Part shown: positions 9,099 through 19,678 of the stretch, piece by piece
Layout: every line of letters begins with the position of its first letter
How positions within the stretch are numbered: position 1 is the first letter of the stretch
Origin: a phage
Reading direction: 5' to 3' (one strand)
Assembly: GCA_030395855.1 (NCBI GenBank)
Contig: GCA_030395855.1_4325.1
DNA: 44,883 nucleotides
Translations under genes and position numbers: made by a program
The notes under the pieces: generated by a model
Database searches by the model: none
Told to the model about the DNA's origin: nothing
What the model saw: only the letters and a program-made list of their open reading frames with translations

Positions 9099-9418
9099 AA
9101 CGAGCGGTGTATCTACAGTACCAGTCAGAGCCAACTGATGCCGAACTGGAAGCCATTGGGATGCGCCGCTCTGATTACGAAGATGAAGAGCCTGAAGTTT
9201 TACACTTCGACGAGAACATGATGAAGGCCTGGGACATTTATTGTTCAATGGCTACGCAGTGGAGAGTCGGAGCTAACGGAGCAACAGGCCTTGATTACAA
9301 CGTGCTAAATTTCCTCTTTAGAGTGTATAATGTTTCTGAAGAAGAATTGGTGCTCAGCGATTTACGCATCCTTGAAGCTAAGGCTCTAGAGATGATGGAT
9401 AACCTGAGGAAAAAATAA
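9095..9418 (+). CDS. T extension of tail assembly chaperone (expressed as G-T fusion by -1 frameshift)
   Basis: Open frame in -1 relative to G with no convincing independent start; conserved G/GT arrangement before tape measure gene. Confidence 0.55.
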   Translation, partial: LKRAVYLQYQSEPTDAELEAIGMRRSDYEDEEPEVLHFDENMMKAWDIYCSMATQWRVGANGATGLDYNVLNFLFRVYNVSEEELVLSDLRILEAKALEMMDNLRKK

Positions 9419-9453
9419 CCCGCTTCGGCGGGTTTTCTATTATGGAGGCTTAG

Positions 9454-12435
9454 ATGGCAACAAATGAATTAGCCGGAATCACACTAGCCGTAGACGTATT
9501 TCAAGTAGACAGGGGTACGCAATCCCTACAAAAGTTTAGGCAGGCAAACCAGCAAGCCGCTTCCGGCATTGGTGAATTCGTCAATGCAGAGCAGGTTGCA
9601 AAGACTCAGGCCAGGGACACAGCTCGTGCACTGGCTGAGCAGCAAGCATCTTTTGCCAAATTGCAAACAGCTATTGATCCAACTGCAGCAAAGTTCCGTA
9701 AGCTCCAGGAGGCTGCTGTAGGCTTGGACAAGGCTTTCGCGGCTGGCGTAGTTCCTGATGAGGAGTTTTTCCGATTAGGTGAGGCGCTTGAAACGCAAAA
9801 CGCAAAACTTGCTCGTTCACGCGCGGCTCTAACTGAAGAGGGAAGAGCGGCGGCGCAGGCTGCAAAGGATAAGGCAAAAGCGAAGGCTGAAGCTGACAGG
9901 TTCATTGCGTCACTTGAGCGACAGGCTCAAGCGGCAACATTGACGCGTGAGGAGTACTTAAAATTACAGGCTGCCCAGCTTGGCGTGAGTTCTCAGGCAG
10001 CGCCTATTATTGACAGAATCGCCGATGCATCACAGAAGGCAAACACCCAGCTAATTGCTCAGAGCAAGGCCTTTCAACGCTCTGGCTTAAGCGCAGGTCA
10101 ATACAAGGCTGCAATCTCTCAATTGCCAGCGCAGATTACAGATATTGGGACATCACTTGCTGGCGGCATTCCGATTTGGCTTATTGCAATTCAGCAAGGC
10201 GGACAAATTAAGGATGCATTTGGAGGTATTGGTAACACCTTTAGATTCGCGCTCGCAGCCTTAAATCCATTCAATGTTGCTGTTGGCGTTTTGGGTGGGG
10301 CACTTGTTGCTCTCGGTATCGGTGCTGCTCAGGCAGAGAGTGAATTCAGAGCATTAAACTCTGCAATAGCTTTTTCCAATAACTCAACAATCGCATCAAT
10401 CTCGCAGGTTAGAGAGTTGGTTAGCTCTGTTTCTGATGCTACTGGTGCAACCAGAGGACTTGTGACTAGCATCGCAACAAGCCTTATTGAGCAAGGGAAC
10501 CTTACTCTGACGCAGATTGACAAGATTACCAAATCAACCGCCAGATGGGCGCAGTTGACAGGTAAGGATGCTAGGGAGATTACTGGTTACTATAACCAGA
10601 TTGCAAGTGACCCAATCCATGGTTTAGTTGATTTGGATAAGCGCTTTAACTTCCTAACGCAGGGGCAGTTGACAACAATCGAAAACCTGAGAAAGACAAG
10701 GGGAGAAGTTGAGGCAGTTACTGCCGCGATTGATATTTTCAGCAAGTCACAGGAGGCCAACATTAACGACATTGCAGCACAGTTAACTCCACTTGAGTTA
10801 GCCTGGAATGATTTCAGAAAGTACACCTCTGATATCTGGGATGCAATTAGTCGTAGAACGGTTGGGGCGCTTAACCTGTTTGTTGACGTAATCGCCGGAA
10901 CAATTGAGCAGATCAGGGTATTCATTAACCAGGGCGACGCTCTGATTGGTGAATTTGTAATTAGCGCAACTCAGGCATTGCAGAACATCCCAGGCCTTGA
11001 TGGTGTCGGTGATGATGTAATCAAGAGTCAGCAGAAGATTATCGATGCCGCCAAGAGGCAAAACCTTGAGTTGGAAAAGTCTATCAAGGAGCGCGATGCC
11101 AGAATCAGAGACGGAGAGCTTGGTTACGTTACTCGCAGGGAAAATCAGAATACCAACGAGCAATCAGGCACGGATGAGGAGTTTGCAAAAAGGAAGAAGG
11201 CGCTTCAGGATGAACTTGATGCGATCAAGAAGAACAGGAAAGAAGAAAATGGTAGGGTTAAAGAGCAAAGAGACCTTACAATTGGTTACGAATCTGGCGT
11301 GCTGGCACTTCAGGCTCAACTCAAGGTTCTTCAGGAAAATAGGGATATTGGCGCAGTAATAAGTAATGAGCGAAAGCAGTATCTTCAGGAGGTTGCCAAA
11401 TTCCAGATTCTTGAGCAAAGACAAAGTGATGGCTCAATAAAAAAAGAGCAGGCAAGACTTCTAATTGAAAAGGATAAAGTTCTTGAGCTAGCTAGACAGA
11501 AGGCTGAGCTAGGCGACCAGATTGTTTTGCAGGAGAGAGCTAATAAGTTGGCTGAAGATAACCGCAAGAAGATTCTTCAGATTAACAATGAGGCAAGCAA
11601 TATTAATTTGGGGTCTGGATTATCATCTCGCGAGCAGCAAAGAGCTAAGGAGATTCAGGCACTCAAATCCAATCAGGTTAATGCTGGCGGTGCGATTGAT
11701 GACGTTGATTTTCAACAGCTACTGGAGGCAAGACGTAACTTTTATGCTCAGGAGGATGCGCTACGTGAAAACTGGCTCGCTGGTGTGAATCAATCCTTTG
11801 CAAATTGGGCTGAGAGCGCGACGGATGCATTCTCAATTGCTGGAAGTTTAACCACAACAGTCTTTGAGGGAATTACTGACCAGATCACTAACCTTGTAAC
11901 AACTGGCGAAACAAACTTCAGAGAGTTTACGGTTAGCATTCTTAAGCAGATTGCTAAGATTGCAACTCAGCTTCTTGTTGTCAAGGCTATCGAGTCTAGC
12001 TTGAGTAGCTTTGGTGGCACTGGTGGCGCTATTGGTTCTATAGCATCCGCGATTGGCGGCGGATTCGCTAGTGGTGGCTACACTGGTGATGGCGGGAAGT
12101 ATCAGCCAGCAGGAACGGTACACCGAGGTGAGTTTGTGTTCACAAAAGAAGCGACTAGCAGAATTGGTGTTAAGAACCTTTACGCACTAATGAAGGGTTA
12201 TGCGAATGGCGGCGCTGTAGGTGGTCCATCTGGTTATGCTAATGGCGGCTTGGTTTCTGGTGGTACAGATGTTAATGTTAGCGGCATCACTGTTAACGTA
12301 AACTCCGGTGTAGGTAGCGACCCAGAGCAAGCTAAGGCATTGCAAAGTGGTGTCAAGGCTATCGTAGCGGAAGAGATTGCGCAGTCTTTCCAGCAGGGCG
12401 GCAGGGCGTATCAGTACCTGCGCGGATTCAACTAA
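9454..12435 (+). CDS. tail tape measure protein
   Basis: 993-aa ORF, RBS GGAGG; Ala/Gln-rich helical N-terminus, Gly-rich C-terminal region; follows the G/GT chaperone. Confidence 0.85.
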   Translation: MATNELAGITLAVDVFQVDRGTQSLQKFRQANQQAASGIGEFVNAEQVAKTQARDTARALAEQQASFAKLQTAIDPTAAKFRKLQEAAVGLDKAFAAGVVPDEEFFRLGEALETQNAKLARSRAALTEEGRAAAQAAKDKAKAKAEADRFIASLERQAQAATLTREEYLKLQAAQLGVSSQAAPIIDRIADASQKANTQLIAQSKAFQRSGLSAGQYKAAISQLPAQITDIGTSLAGGIPIWLIAIQQGGQIKDAFGGIGNTFRFALAALNPFNVAVGVLGGALVALGIGAAQAESEFRALNSAIAFSNNSTIASISQVRELVSSVSDATGATRGLVTSIATSLIEQGNLTLTQIDKITKSTARWAQLTGKDAREITGYYNQIASDPIHGLVDLDKRFNFLTQGQLTTIENLRKTRGEVEAVTAAIDIFSKSQEANINDIAAQLTPLELAWNDFRKYTSDIWDAISRRTVGALNLFVDVIAGTIEQIRVFINQGDALIGEFVISATQALQNIPGLDGVGDDVIKSQQKIIDAAKRQNLELEKSIKERDARIRDGELGYVTRRENQNTNEQSGTDEEFAKRKKALQDELDAIKKNRKEENGRVKEQRDLTIGYESGVLALQAQLKVLQENRDIGAVISNERKQYLQEVAKFQILEQRQSDGSIKKEQARLLIEKDKVLELARQKAELGDQIVLQERANKLAEDNRKKILQINNEASNINLGSGLSSREQQRAKEIQALKSNQVNAGGAIDDVDFQQLLEARRNFYAQEDALRENWLAGVNQSFANWAESATDAFSIAGSLTTTVFEGITDQITNLVTTGETNFREFTVSILKQIAKIATQLLVVKAIESSLSSFGGTGGAIGSIASAIGGGFASGGYTGDGGKYQPAGTVHRGEFVFTKEATSRIGVKNLYALMKGYANGGAVGGPSGYANGGLVSGGTDVNVSGITVNVNSGVGSDPEQAKALQSGVKAIVAEEIAQSFQQGGRAYQYLRGFN

Positions 12436-12465
12436 TTAACGGGGCTTCGGCCCCTAAGGATTTTT

Positions 12466-12816
12466 ATGGCTATCGATACTTTTAACTGGTGCACGCAGAT
12501 TCAGGGAGGGTCCGCATCTTTCAGTAACACAAACAACGTGCGAATTGTTAGCTTCGGTAATGGTTACGAACAGCGCGGAACGGGAGGATACCGCAGCAAC
12601 AAGCGCAGTTATCAGATGGCTTACACTAACAAGGACTGGCGCGATGTGATGGACTTTTGCTTCAACCACATCATTACTCCATTTTTCTGGACTACGCCGC
12701 AGGGCGATACATCCATGTTTGTTATTCAGCAGGATAGCATTAGCGTCACTCCGCTCAGTAAGGAAGTTCAGACTGTGAGCATGCAATTCGTAGAAGTATT
12801 TAGTTCAATGCGTTAA
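12466..12816 (+). CDS. minor tail protein (lambda gpM-like)
   Basis: 116-aa ORF directly after tape measure gene; gene order H-M-L-K-I-J. Confidence 0.55.
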   Translation: MAIDTFNWCTQIQGGSASFSNTNNVRIVSFGNGYEQRGTGGYRSNKRSYQMAYTNKDWRDVMDFCFNHIITPFFWTTPQGDTSMFVIQQDSISVTPLSKEVQTVSMQFVEVFSSMR

Positions 12817-12820
12817 ACTA

Positions 12821-12843
12821 AGCCCCTATGCGGGGCTTTTTTA
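12821..12843 (+). terminator. intrinsic terminator-like hairpin
   Basis: agcccc-tatg-cggggct followed by T6. Confidence 0.5.
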
Positions 12844-12855
12844 TTGGAGAAATAT

Positions 12856-13611
12856 ATGCTAAGTCCAAAGTTTGAAAATCAGTTGCAAAGCCTTTTCCCT
12901 GGCGAGATTGTGACACTAATCCAGGTTGACGGAACCTCCTTCGGAAGTCTCGTTTACAACTTCCACAATGAGAACATTTCATACACGCCAGAAGAGATTA
13001 TGATGGCTCAAATGAATGGCGAGCCACTACCAGAAAAGACAATTACATTTCGCGGTGAAGAGTACGGTCCTAGACCTTTTGGTATCTCTGGCATCAATAT
13101 GACATCTGACGGCAAAGCCAACAAAGTGACGCTAACAGTATCAAACGTAGACCAGCGTATCAGCGCATTGATTCGCACATACAACGGACTTGTTAAGGCA
13201 AAGGTTACTATCTGGATTACTACGCGAGATAACATCAATGAAGACGGAAGCATTGCTGATGGTGATTATCGCAGATTTGTTTACTTCATTGAGCGACCTA
13301 AGCAGGTTGATTATAAGACGGCATCGTTTGAGCTAAGTAGCCCGATGGATATGGATGGTATTTATATCCCCGCAAGACTTGTTCAGTCTGTTTGTTATTG
13401 GGCTTCTAGGGGTTGGTATCGTAGCGGCAATGGCTGTTCCTATGCAGGTAATCGATACTTCGACAAAGATGACAACCCGGTAGACGACCCATCTCTAGAC
13501 TTCTGTGCAGGAACTGTTAACAGTTGCAAGCTTAGATTTGGTGAGAATAATCAGTTGGATTTCGGCGGTTGTGCAGCAGCAAGCCTTCAGGCCAAAGCGA
13601 ATCAGAGCTAA
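12856..13611 (+). CDS. minor tail protein (lambda gpL-like, Cys cluster)
   Basis: C-terminal cysteine cluster (CYWASRGW...CSYAG...CAGTVNSC...C) as in gpL; position. Confidence 0.6.
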   Translation: MLSPKFENQLQSLFPGEIVTLIQVDGTSFGSLVYNFHNENISYTPEEIMMAQMNGEPLPEKTITFRGEEYGPRPFGISGINMTSDGKANKVTLTVSNVDQRISALIRTYNGLVKAKVTIWITTRDNINEDGSIADGDYRRFVYFIERPKQVDYKTASFELSSPMDMDGIYIPARLVQSVCYWASRGWYRSGNGCSYAGNRYFDKDDNPVDDPSLDFCAGTVNSCKLRFGENNQLDFGGCAAASLQAKANQS

Positions 13612-13621
13612 GGGGAGATAA

Positions 13622-14380
13622 ATGTTAACACCAAAAGTTAAACTTGAGATATTCCAGCACGCAAAAGAAGTTTTCCCGCATGAGTGCTGTGGGATTGTTA
13701 CGCAGAAGGGTAGGGCACAGAAATACCACAGAATCAAGAACGCCAGTAAAGACCCAGAAAATGAGTTTATCCTTGATTCAAATGAGTATTCTAATATCGC
13801 ATTTGGCTTAGCTGACAATGAGTCAATTGTTTACGTAGTTCACTCCCACACGGGTGATGGAGCCACAACAAGACCCAGCCCTGCTGATATCTGTAGCTGC
13901 AATGAGTGCGAGATTCCGTATGTTATCGTAAGTATACCAGAGGGAGATATGAGAATCCTTGAACCATCAACGATGCCTCTTATTGGTCGCCCGTGGGGTT
14001 TGGGTAGCTTTGACTGCTGGGAGCTGGTGATGGCATTCCACAAGAAATACGGCGTAAAACTGAATGACTACCGCGTCAATTACCCGTGGTGGGAGAAGCG
14101 GTACGGTGAAAATATATATGACGACAACTGGGTTAAGGAAGGATTTGAGCTGGTAAAAACTTCAGATATTCCGATTGGCTCAGTGATTATGATGCAGGTG
14201 CAAAGCGAGGTGACGAACCATGCCGGAATCTACATTGGCAATAACAGATTCATTCATCACCTTTATGGTAAAATGAGTTCAGTTGATATCTACTCCGATT
14301 ACTGGCGAGAGCGCACAGTGCGGATCGTTCGCCATAAGGATTTACCAGAGGATGTAATTTATGACCCAGAAACTGATTGA
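13622..14380 (+). CDS. tail assembly protein (lambda gpK-like, JAB/MPN + NlpC/P60-like)
   Basis: HSHTGDG...SPAD motif (JAB-like); C-terminal Cys/His region; position between L-like and I-like genes. Confidence 0.6.
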   Translation: MLTPKVKLEIFQHAKEVFPHECCGIVTQKGRAQKYHRIKNASKDPENEFILDSNEYSNIAFGLADNESIVYVVHSHTGDGATTRPSPADICSCNECEIPYVIVSIPEGDMRILEPSTMPLIGRPWGLGSFDCWELVMAFHKKYGVKLNDYRVNYPWWEKRYGENIYDDNWVKEGFELVKTSDIPIGSVIMMQVQSEVTNHAGIYIGNNRFIHHLYGKMSSVDIYSDYWRERTVRIVRHKDLPEDVIYDPETD

Positions 14381-14933
14381 TATTAAGCTAGGCCTGTCTC
14401 TAGGTAGAAAGTTTGGAAAGATTCACCAAATGGCAGTGAGTAGTGTGCCCGAGGCTATGCGAGCGCTTTGCTCACAGATTCCTGCATTCAAAGAATTCAT
14501 GAACAGTCATGTCGGTCAGAACACAAGATACGCCGTGTTCGTTGATGGCAAAAATGTGAATGAGCATCGAATCTCTGATTTTAGTGCCGTTCAGGAGATA
14601 CGCATCCTGCCAATCCCTCAAGGTCGTAAGTCTGGCGGCTTGTTTCAGACTATTTTAGGCGCCGCTCTTATCACGGTTGGCATCTTTACCGGGCAGGTTT
14701 ATCTTGTTGGCGCTGGTGTTTCTCTGGCTGCTGGCGGTATTGCTCAATTACTCTCGCCGCAAGCAACTGGATTGAAGACTCAGAACAACCAAACAAGTAA
14801 CAGGGCCTCTTACGCATTTGGCTCAGCCGTAAACACGGTGGCTGCTGGATATCCAGTTTGTCTTCCTTATGGGTATCGAACGGTTGGCGGTTCGGTATTT
14901 TCGGCAGGCAGCTACGCCGAAGACAATGCTTAA
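14361..14933 (+). CDS. tail assembly protein (lambda gpI-like)
   Basis: Overlaps K-like gene; C-terminal hydrophobic Gly-rich segment; position before J-like gene. Confidence 0.55.
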   Translation: MTQKLIDIKLGLSLGRKFGKIHQMAVSSVPEAMRALCSQIPAFKEFMNSHVGQNTRYAVFVDGKNVNEHRISDFSAVQEIRILPIPQGRKSGGLFQTILGAALITVGIFTGQVYLVGAGVSLAAGGIAQLLSPQATGLKTQNNQTSNRASYAFGSAVNTVAAGYPVCLPYGYRTVGGSVFSAGSYAEDNA

Positions 14934-14940
14934 ACATCAT

Positions 14941-14963
14941 ACCCGCCTAGTGCGGGTTTTTTA
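14941..14963 (+). terminator. intrinsic terminator-like hairpin
   Basis: acccgc-ctagt-gcgggt followed by T6. Confidence 0.5.
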
Positions 14964-14974
14964 TTTAGTGTAGA

Positions 14975-17900
14975 ATGGCACAAATGATCAAAACAAACAT
15001 GAGGCTTTGTGATATGGCTGAAGAGATTAAGATTTATGGTGCTAAAGGTGGGAGCCAGAAGCAGCATCAACCAGTGGAGCAGGAAGACAACCTGATTTCA
15101 CTAAACAAGGTTAAGGTATTGCTTGCTGTAGCTGATGGAGAGGTGGATCCAAACTTCTCAATGAAGGATTTATACCTTGCTGACGTTCCGGTGCAAAACC
15201 AGAATGGTAGCTACAACTACGAAGGTGTTCGCGCTGAGTTCCGTGCTGGTACGCAGTATCAGGACTATATCGCTGGCCTTGATGGTGCAAATTCAGAGAT
15301 TCAGGCATCCAGAGAGATCACGAACGATACCCCGTACATCATTGCGGTTAACAATACTCAGCTATCAGCAATTCGAGTAAAGCTATACTGGCCTCGACTA
15401 GTTAAGCAAGAAAGCAATGGCGACCTGAACGGAACTACATGCGAGTATGCAATTGATCTTTCTGTTAATGGCGGCGCTTATCAGGAATACACTCGAGGAG
15501 TTGCAAACGGAAAAACAACTACAGGTTACGACCGCAGCATTCGTGTAAACCTTCCGGCAGAGTTCGATAGCGCCCTGGTTCGAATCCGTAAAATTACGCC
15601 AGATTCAACAAGTAGCACACTGGTTAATGGAATGCAGATTACAACCTATCAGGAAGTAATTGATGCTAAATTCCGCTATCCGCTTACGGCTCTGGTTTAC
15701 GTTGAGTTTGGTTCTGACTTGTTCCCTAACGGAATCCCGACAATCTCCATCAAGAAGAGATGGAAACTGATTCAGGTGCCGACAAACTACAACCCGGAGA
15801 CAAGGACTTACAGCGGCACGTGGAATGGCCTGTTCAAGATGGCATGGTCAAACAACCCGGCGTGGGTTCTTTATGACCTGGTAACAAACCGACGCTATGG
15901 TCTTGATCAGAGAGAGTTGGGTGTAGAGATTGATAAATGGGGACTGTACGAAGCTGCGCAATTCTGCGACCAGATGGTGCCAGATGGTAAGGGTGGGATG
16001 GAGCCGCGCTACCTATGCGACATGGTTGTGCAGAATAAAGTTGAGGCCTACACACTAATTCGTGATATCTGTTCAATCTTCCGTGGCCTGACTTTCTATG
16101 ACGGCGAAAAGATTGGCATCGTGGTTGATAAGCCTCGCAACCCATCTTACATCTTCACCAATGATAACGTTGTAAACGGATTGTTCAGTCGAACCTTTGC
16201 CAGTGATAAAAGCCTTTACACCACGGTAAACGTTCAGTTTGATGATGTTGAGAACAACTATCAACAAGATGTAGAGCCGGTATTTGAATTAGAGGCAACT
16301 CGTCGTTTTGGATTTAACCCTGTAGATTTAACTGCGATTGGATGCACGCGAAGAAGCGAAGCAAACAGACGTGGCAGATGGCTCCTGAAAACCAACCTGA
16401 GAAACGAAACTATCAGCTTCACTACCGGTCTGGAAGGCATGATTCCGATGATTGGCGAGGTAATTGCGGTCAATGACGCAGCATGGTCGAGCAACTATCA
16501 GCTAAACCTTTCCGGTCGTATTGAATCAGTTCAGGGATTGCAGGTTTTTACCCCATTTAAAGTTGACGCAGCGCCTGGTGACAGAATTCTCCTGAACAAG
16601 CCTGACGGAAGTCCAGAAGCAAGAACTATTGCAAGCGTATCTGAGGATGGTAGGACGATTAACCTTAACACGGCTTTCAGCTTTGTAGCTCAGCCTGATA
16701 CTGTATTCGCAATAGATAAGGATAATCTCGCTCTTCAGCAATATGTGGTGACCGGGATTCAAAAAGCAGATTCTGACGGTTCTGATTCGTTCCAGTATAC
16801 AATTACCGCGGTGGAGTATGACCCTAACAAGTATGACGAGATTGACTACGGCGTTAACATTGTTGACCGCCCGACTTCAATCGTTGAACCTGACAGATTG
16901 TCGCCACCTGATAACTTAACAGTATCAAGCTACAGCAAGGTTGTTCAGGGTTTATCTGTTGAGACGATGGTAATTGGTTGGGATAAAGCGCCATACGCTA
17001 AAACATACAATGTTCAATGGAGAAAGGAAAATGGCAACTGGATTAACGTACCCAGAACGGCTAGCACAGAAGTTGATATCGAAGGCATTTACGCAGGAAT
17101 CTATGACGTTAGGGTTCGCAGCGTATCAGATACTGAAAACGTGTCTTCTTGGTCTGATATTGTAACTGTATCGCTAACTGGCAAGATTGGACGCCCTTCC
17201 GCACCTACGGTTATCACGGCATCAACTGATGAAGTATTTGGCATTCGTGTTAAATGGGGATTCCCTGATGGCTCTGGTGACACCGCTTACACTGAACTTC
17301 AGCAGGTTCCAGACAATGGTGATGGTACATACAATCCTGATAACGCGAGCTTGCTTACACTGCTTCCGTATCCGGCCTACGAATACTGGCATACGCCAAT
17401 TCAGCCCGGTAAGGTGATTTGGTATCGCGCAAGATTGATCGACAGAATCGGCAATACCTCTGATTGGTCTAATTTCGCTAGAGGCATGAGTACTGACGAC
17501 GCCAACATCATCAACAATTATATCAAGGTTGATATTGAAGGCTCGGAAGGATTCAAATATCTAGAGCAGAATGCAATTGAGAAAAACCAGGACATTCAGA
17601 ATCAAGCCGAGGCAATCATCGAGAACGCACTGGCTAATGATGGTGATGTTCGCAGAATGACAAAGGAGAACGGCAAGCGTAAGGCTGAATATGTTCAGGC
17701 AGTGAATCTCATAGCCGATGAAACTCAGGCTCGAGTAGAGGCTCTAACGGCCCTTAAAGCGCAGATAGATGATGAGGTTGTTGGTCAGATTACAACAATT
17801 GAAACAGCGCTAGCCACAGAGACAGAGGCAAGAGCGACAGCCGACACGGCTTTGAGCGCAAGGGTTGGTAATAACGAGGCGGCTCTAAACCAGAAGCTGG

Positions 17901-18400
17901 ATGCTTTCTCTAATGCCACGTCAACTGGTGTGCAGTACGGAATTAGTCTTGGTCTGAAATACAATGGTCAGACTTATTCATCGGGGATGAGCATGGAACT
18001 TGTCGGCACTGGTGATAATGTTCGTAGTCAATTCATTTTTGACGCAAACAGATTCGCAATCAGTAACGGCATTGGTTCTGGTTCCGGACAATGGCAGCTC
18101 CCTTTCGTTGTCGAGAACGGAAACGTAATCATCCAAAGCGCAGTAATCGGCGATGGCTCAATTACTAACGCTAAGATTGGTAATATAATTTCATCAAATG
18201 ATTATGTAGTAGGCTCTCAGGGATGGGCGATACTGAAAAGTGGTGCTTCAGAGTTCAATAACACAACTGTAAGGGGCAGTCTTTACGCTGACAATGGTAA
18301 CTTTGCTTTTAACGGAACCAATAACACGGTTCAGATTAACAATAACGGAATCACTGTAAACTTACCGAACGGAGGAAGAGTGGTAGTTGGAGTGTGGTAA
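14975..18400 (+). CDS. central tail fibre / host specificity protein (lambda J-like)
   Basis: 1141-aa ORF following K/I-like genes; internal VPTNYNPETRTYSGTWNG segment resembles the conserved J core. Confidence 0.8.
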   Translation: MAQMIKTNMRLCDMAEEIKIYGAKGGSQKQHQPVEQEDNLISLNKVKVLLAVADGEVDPNFSMKDLYLADVPVQNQNGSYNYEGVRAEFRAGTQYQDYIAGLDGANSEIQASREITNDTPYIIAVNNTQLSAIRVKLYWPRLVKQESNGDLNGTTCEYAIDLSVNGGAYQEYTRGVANGKTTTGYDRSIRVNLPAEFDSALVRIRKITPDSTSSTLVNGMQITTYQEVIDAKFRYPLTALVYVEFGSDLFPNGIPTISIKKRWKLIQVPTNYNPETRTYSGTWNGLFKMAWSNNPAWVLYDLVTNRRYGLDQRELGVEIDKWGLYEAAQFCDQMVPDGKGGMEPRYLCDMVVQNKVEAYTLIRDICSIFRGLTFYDGEKIGIVVDKPRNPSYIFTNDNVVNGLFSRTFASDKSLYTTVNVQFDDVENNYQQDVEPVFELEATRRFGFNPVDLTAIGCTRRSEANRRGRWLLKTNLRNETISFTTGLEGMIPMIGEVIAVNDAAWSSNYQLNLSGRIESVQGLQVFTPFKVDAAPGDRILLNKPDGSPEARTIASVSEDGRTINLNTAFSFVAQPDTVFAIDKDNLALQQYVVTGIQKADSDGSDSFQYTITAVEYDPNKYDEIDYGVNIVDRPTSIVEPDRLSPPDNLTVSSYSKVVQGLSVETMVIGWDKAPYAKTYNVQWRKENGNWINVPRTASTEVDIEGIYAGIYDVRVRSVSDTENVSSWSDIVTVSLTGKIGRPSAPTVITASTDEVFGIRVKWGFPDGSGDTAYTELQQVPDNGDGTYNPDNASLLTLLPYPAYEYWHTPIQPGKVIWYRARLIDRIGNTSDWSNFARGMSTDDANIINNYIKVDIEGSEGFKYLEQNAIEKNQDIQNQAEAIIENALANDGDVRRMTKENGKRKAEYVQAVNLIADETQARVEALTALKAQIDDEVVGQITTIETALATETEARATADTALSARVGNNEAALNQKLDAFSNATSTGVQYGISLGLKYNGQTYSSGMSMELVGTGDNVRSQFIFDANRFAISNGIGSGSGQWQLPFVVENGNVIIQSAVIGDGSITNAKIGNIISSNDYVVGSQGWAILKSGASEFNNTTVRGSLYADNGNFAFNGTNNTVQINNNGITVNLPNGGRVVVGVW

Positions 18401-18405
18401 TAAAT

Positions 18406-18434
18406 AAAGCCCCTTAATTGGGGCTTTTCTTTTA
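18406..18434. terminator. bidirectional intrinsic terminator
   Basis: Hairpin agcccc-ttaatt-ggggct flanked by an A-run upstream and T-run downstream; between convergent genes. Confidence 0.7.
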
Positions 18435-19394
18435 GTAGAAGTTTGGGATAAATGGAAGTGCCATTGATATGTTCGTGTCGAAAGGAAACTGAGCGCCTGT
18501 CTGAGTTGAGTAGTTACCTATTACAGATCCAGGAACAGCCCTAACGGAGCCTCCAGACATGCAAACACCCTTGTATCGTAAGTTGTTATACCCTCCGGTA
18601 ACTCTAGTCGTAGCGCCGCACCTAAGCAGCGGGAAGAAACCACCATTTATTGACTGATATCCATTGCTTATTTGTATAAATCCACCAAGAACGAATGGGC
18701 GGCGAACACTTGAAAAAACAATCTGACCAGAACTATTTGACATTGTGAGTCCGGGTCCAGCTGGTGGTGGTTCATTCCTGAATATCACCAATTGAACGTA
18801 AGTACTTGCCGCAACATCATCTGTACCTCCGTAGGTTATATCCCTACACCATATTGTTGATCCATCTGATTCAAGTGATACGTTTGGATTATCCCACTTG
18901 CCGAATGGTATTCCGCTAACTGGTAGCGATGCTGCACCGTTAACCTGTATACCCCCAACCCATGCTGCTGACATTAGTCTCGAGTTGCTTGATATAGCAA
19001 GGAAATCAGTTGAGTTCTCAACAAGTATTCCAGGACTTGATGAGGATGAAGCCGGTAGTATCTCAAAGCAATTCCCTGCAAAGTCAATTATTCGACCATT
19101 AGCACCGTTAAAGTTACTAAGCGTTATCCTTCCAACTCCGTCATTAACCTTTTGGAATCCATTCATATAATAAACTTCAGGTATAACATCGTAAGCATCA
19201 ACGTGAACAGCCTTTATTGGTAGACAGAAGGCCGTAGAACCAGGTGACATTGTCAATCCAAAATCCCACGAACTTGCAGGAGTTGAAAGTCCATTGGTAT
19301 TTATTGAGCCAGTCACGGCTGGTGCCCTTAATCCTGCCGTTATTTCCATCGCTGGTCTTCCGTCATTGAGGTCAATCAATATACCCTGCGGCAT
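18432..19394 (-). CDS. hypothetical Gly/Ser/Asn-rich protein (320 aa), co-transcribed with upstream lipoprotein gene
   Basis: RBS AAGGAG before ATG at 19394; TAATG stop/start overlap with the lipoprotein gene. Confidence 0.6.
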   Translation of the reverse strand: MPQGILIDLNDGRPAMEITAGLRAPAVTGSINTNGLSTPASSWDFGLTMSPGSTAFCLPIKAVHVDAYDVIPEVYYMNGFQKVNDGVGRITLSNFNGANGRIIDFAGNCFEILPASSSSSPGILVENSTDFLAISSNSRLMSAAWVGGIQVNGAASLPVSGIPFGKWDNPNVSLESDGSTIWCRDITYGGTDDVAASTYVQLVIFRNEPPPAGPGLTMSNSSGQIVFSSVRRPFVLGGFIQISNGYQSINGGFFPLLRCGATTRVTGGYNNLRYKGVCMSGGSVRAVPGSVIGNYSTQTGAQFPFDTNISMALPFIPNFY

Positions 19395-19639
19395 TATTTC
19401 CACTCCTTGCTGCCATGATCTGCAATGGAGCCACCGTAACCGCCGCCAGCTTTGCTTTCAATGCCAGCGTAGCGAATATCAACCTCACCAGCCGGAACAA
19501 CTACGCCACCCTTCCATTTAGCTACGCACACACCAATTGCTTGCGTTGCACACCAACCATCCGGGCGAGGACCGGAAGAACAACCAACTGTCATGATTAC
19601 TGCTGCGGCGATGATTGCTGATTTGATTAGGTTAGTCAT
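19394..19639 (-). CDS. small lipoprotein (82 aa), candidate Cor-like superinfection exclusion protein
   Basis: N-terminal signal peptide ending in lipobox MTVGC; RBS GAGGAA; conserved promoter element upstream on minus strand. Confidence 0.55.
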   Translation of the reverse strand: MTNLIKSAIIAAAVIMTVGCSSGPRPDGWCATQAIGVCVAKWKGGVVVPAGEVDIRYAGIESKAGGGYGGSIADHGSKEWK

Positions 19640-19678
19640 TTTGTATTCCTCATTAAGTTGTTTCGTTTCGATGGAGTA

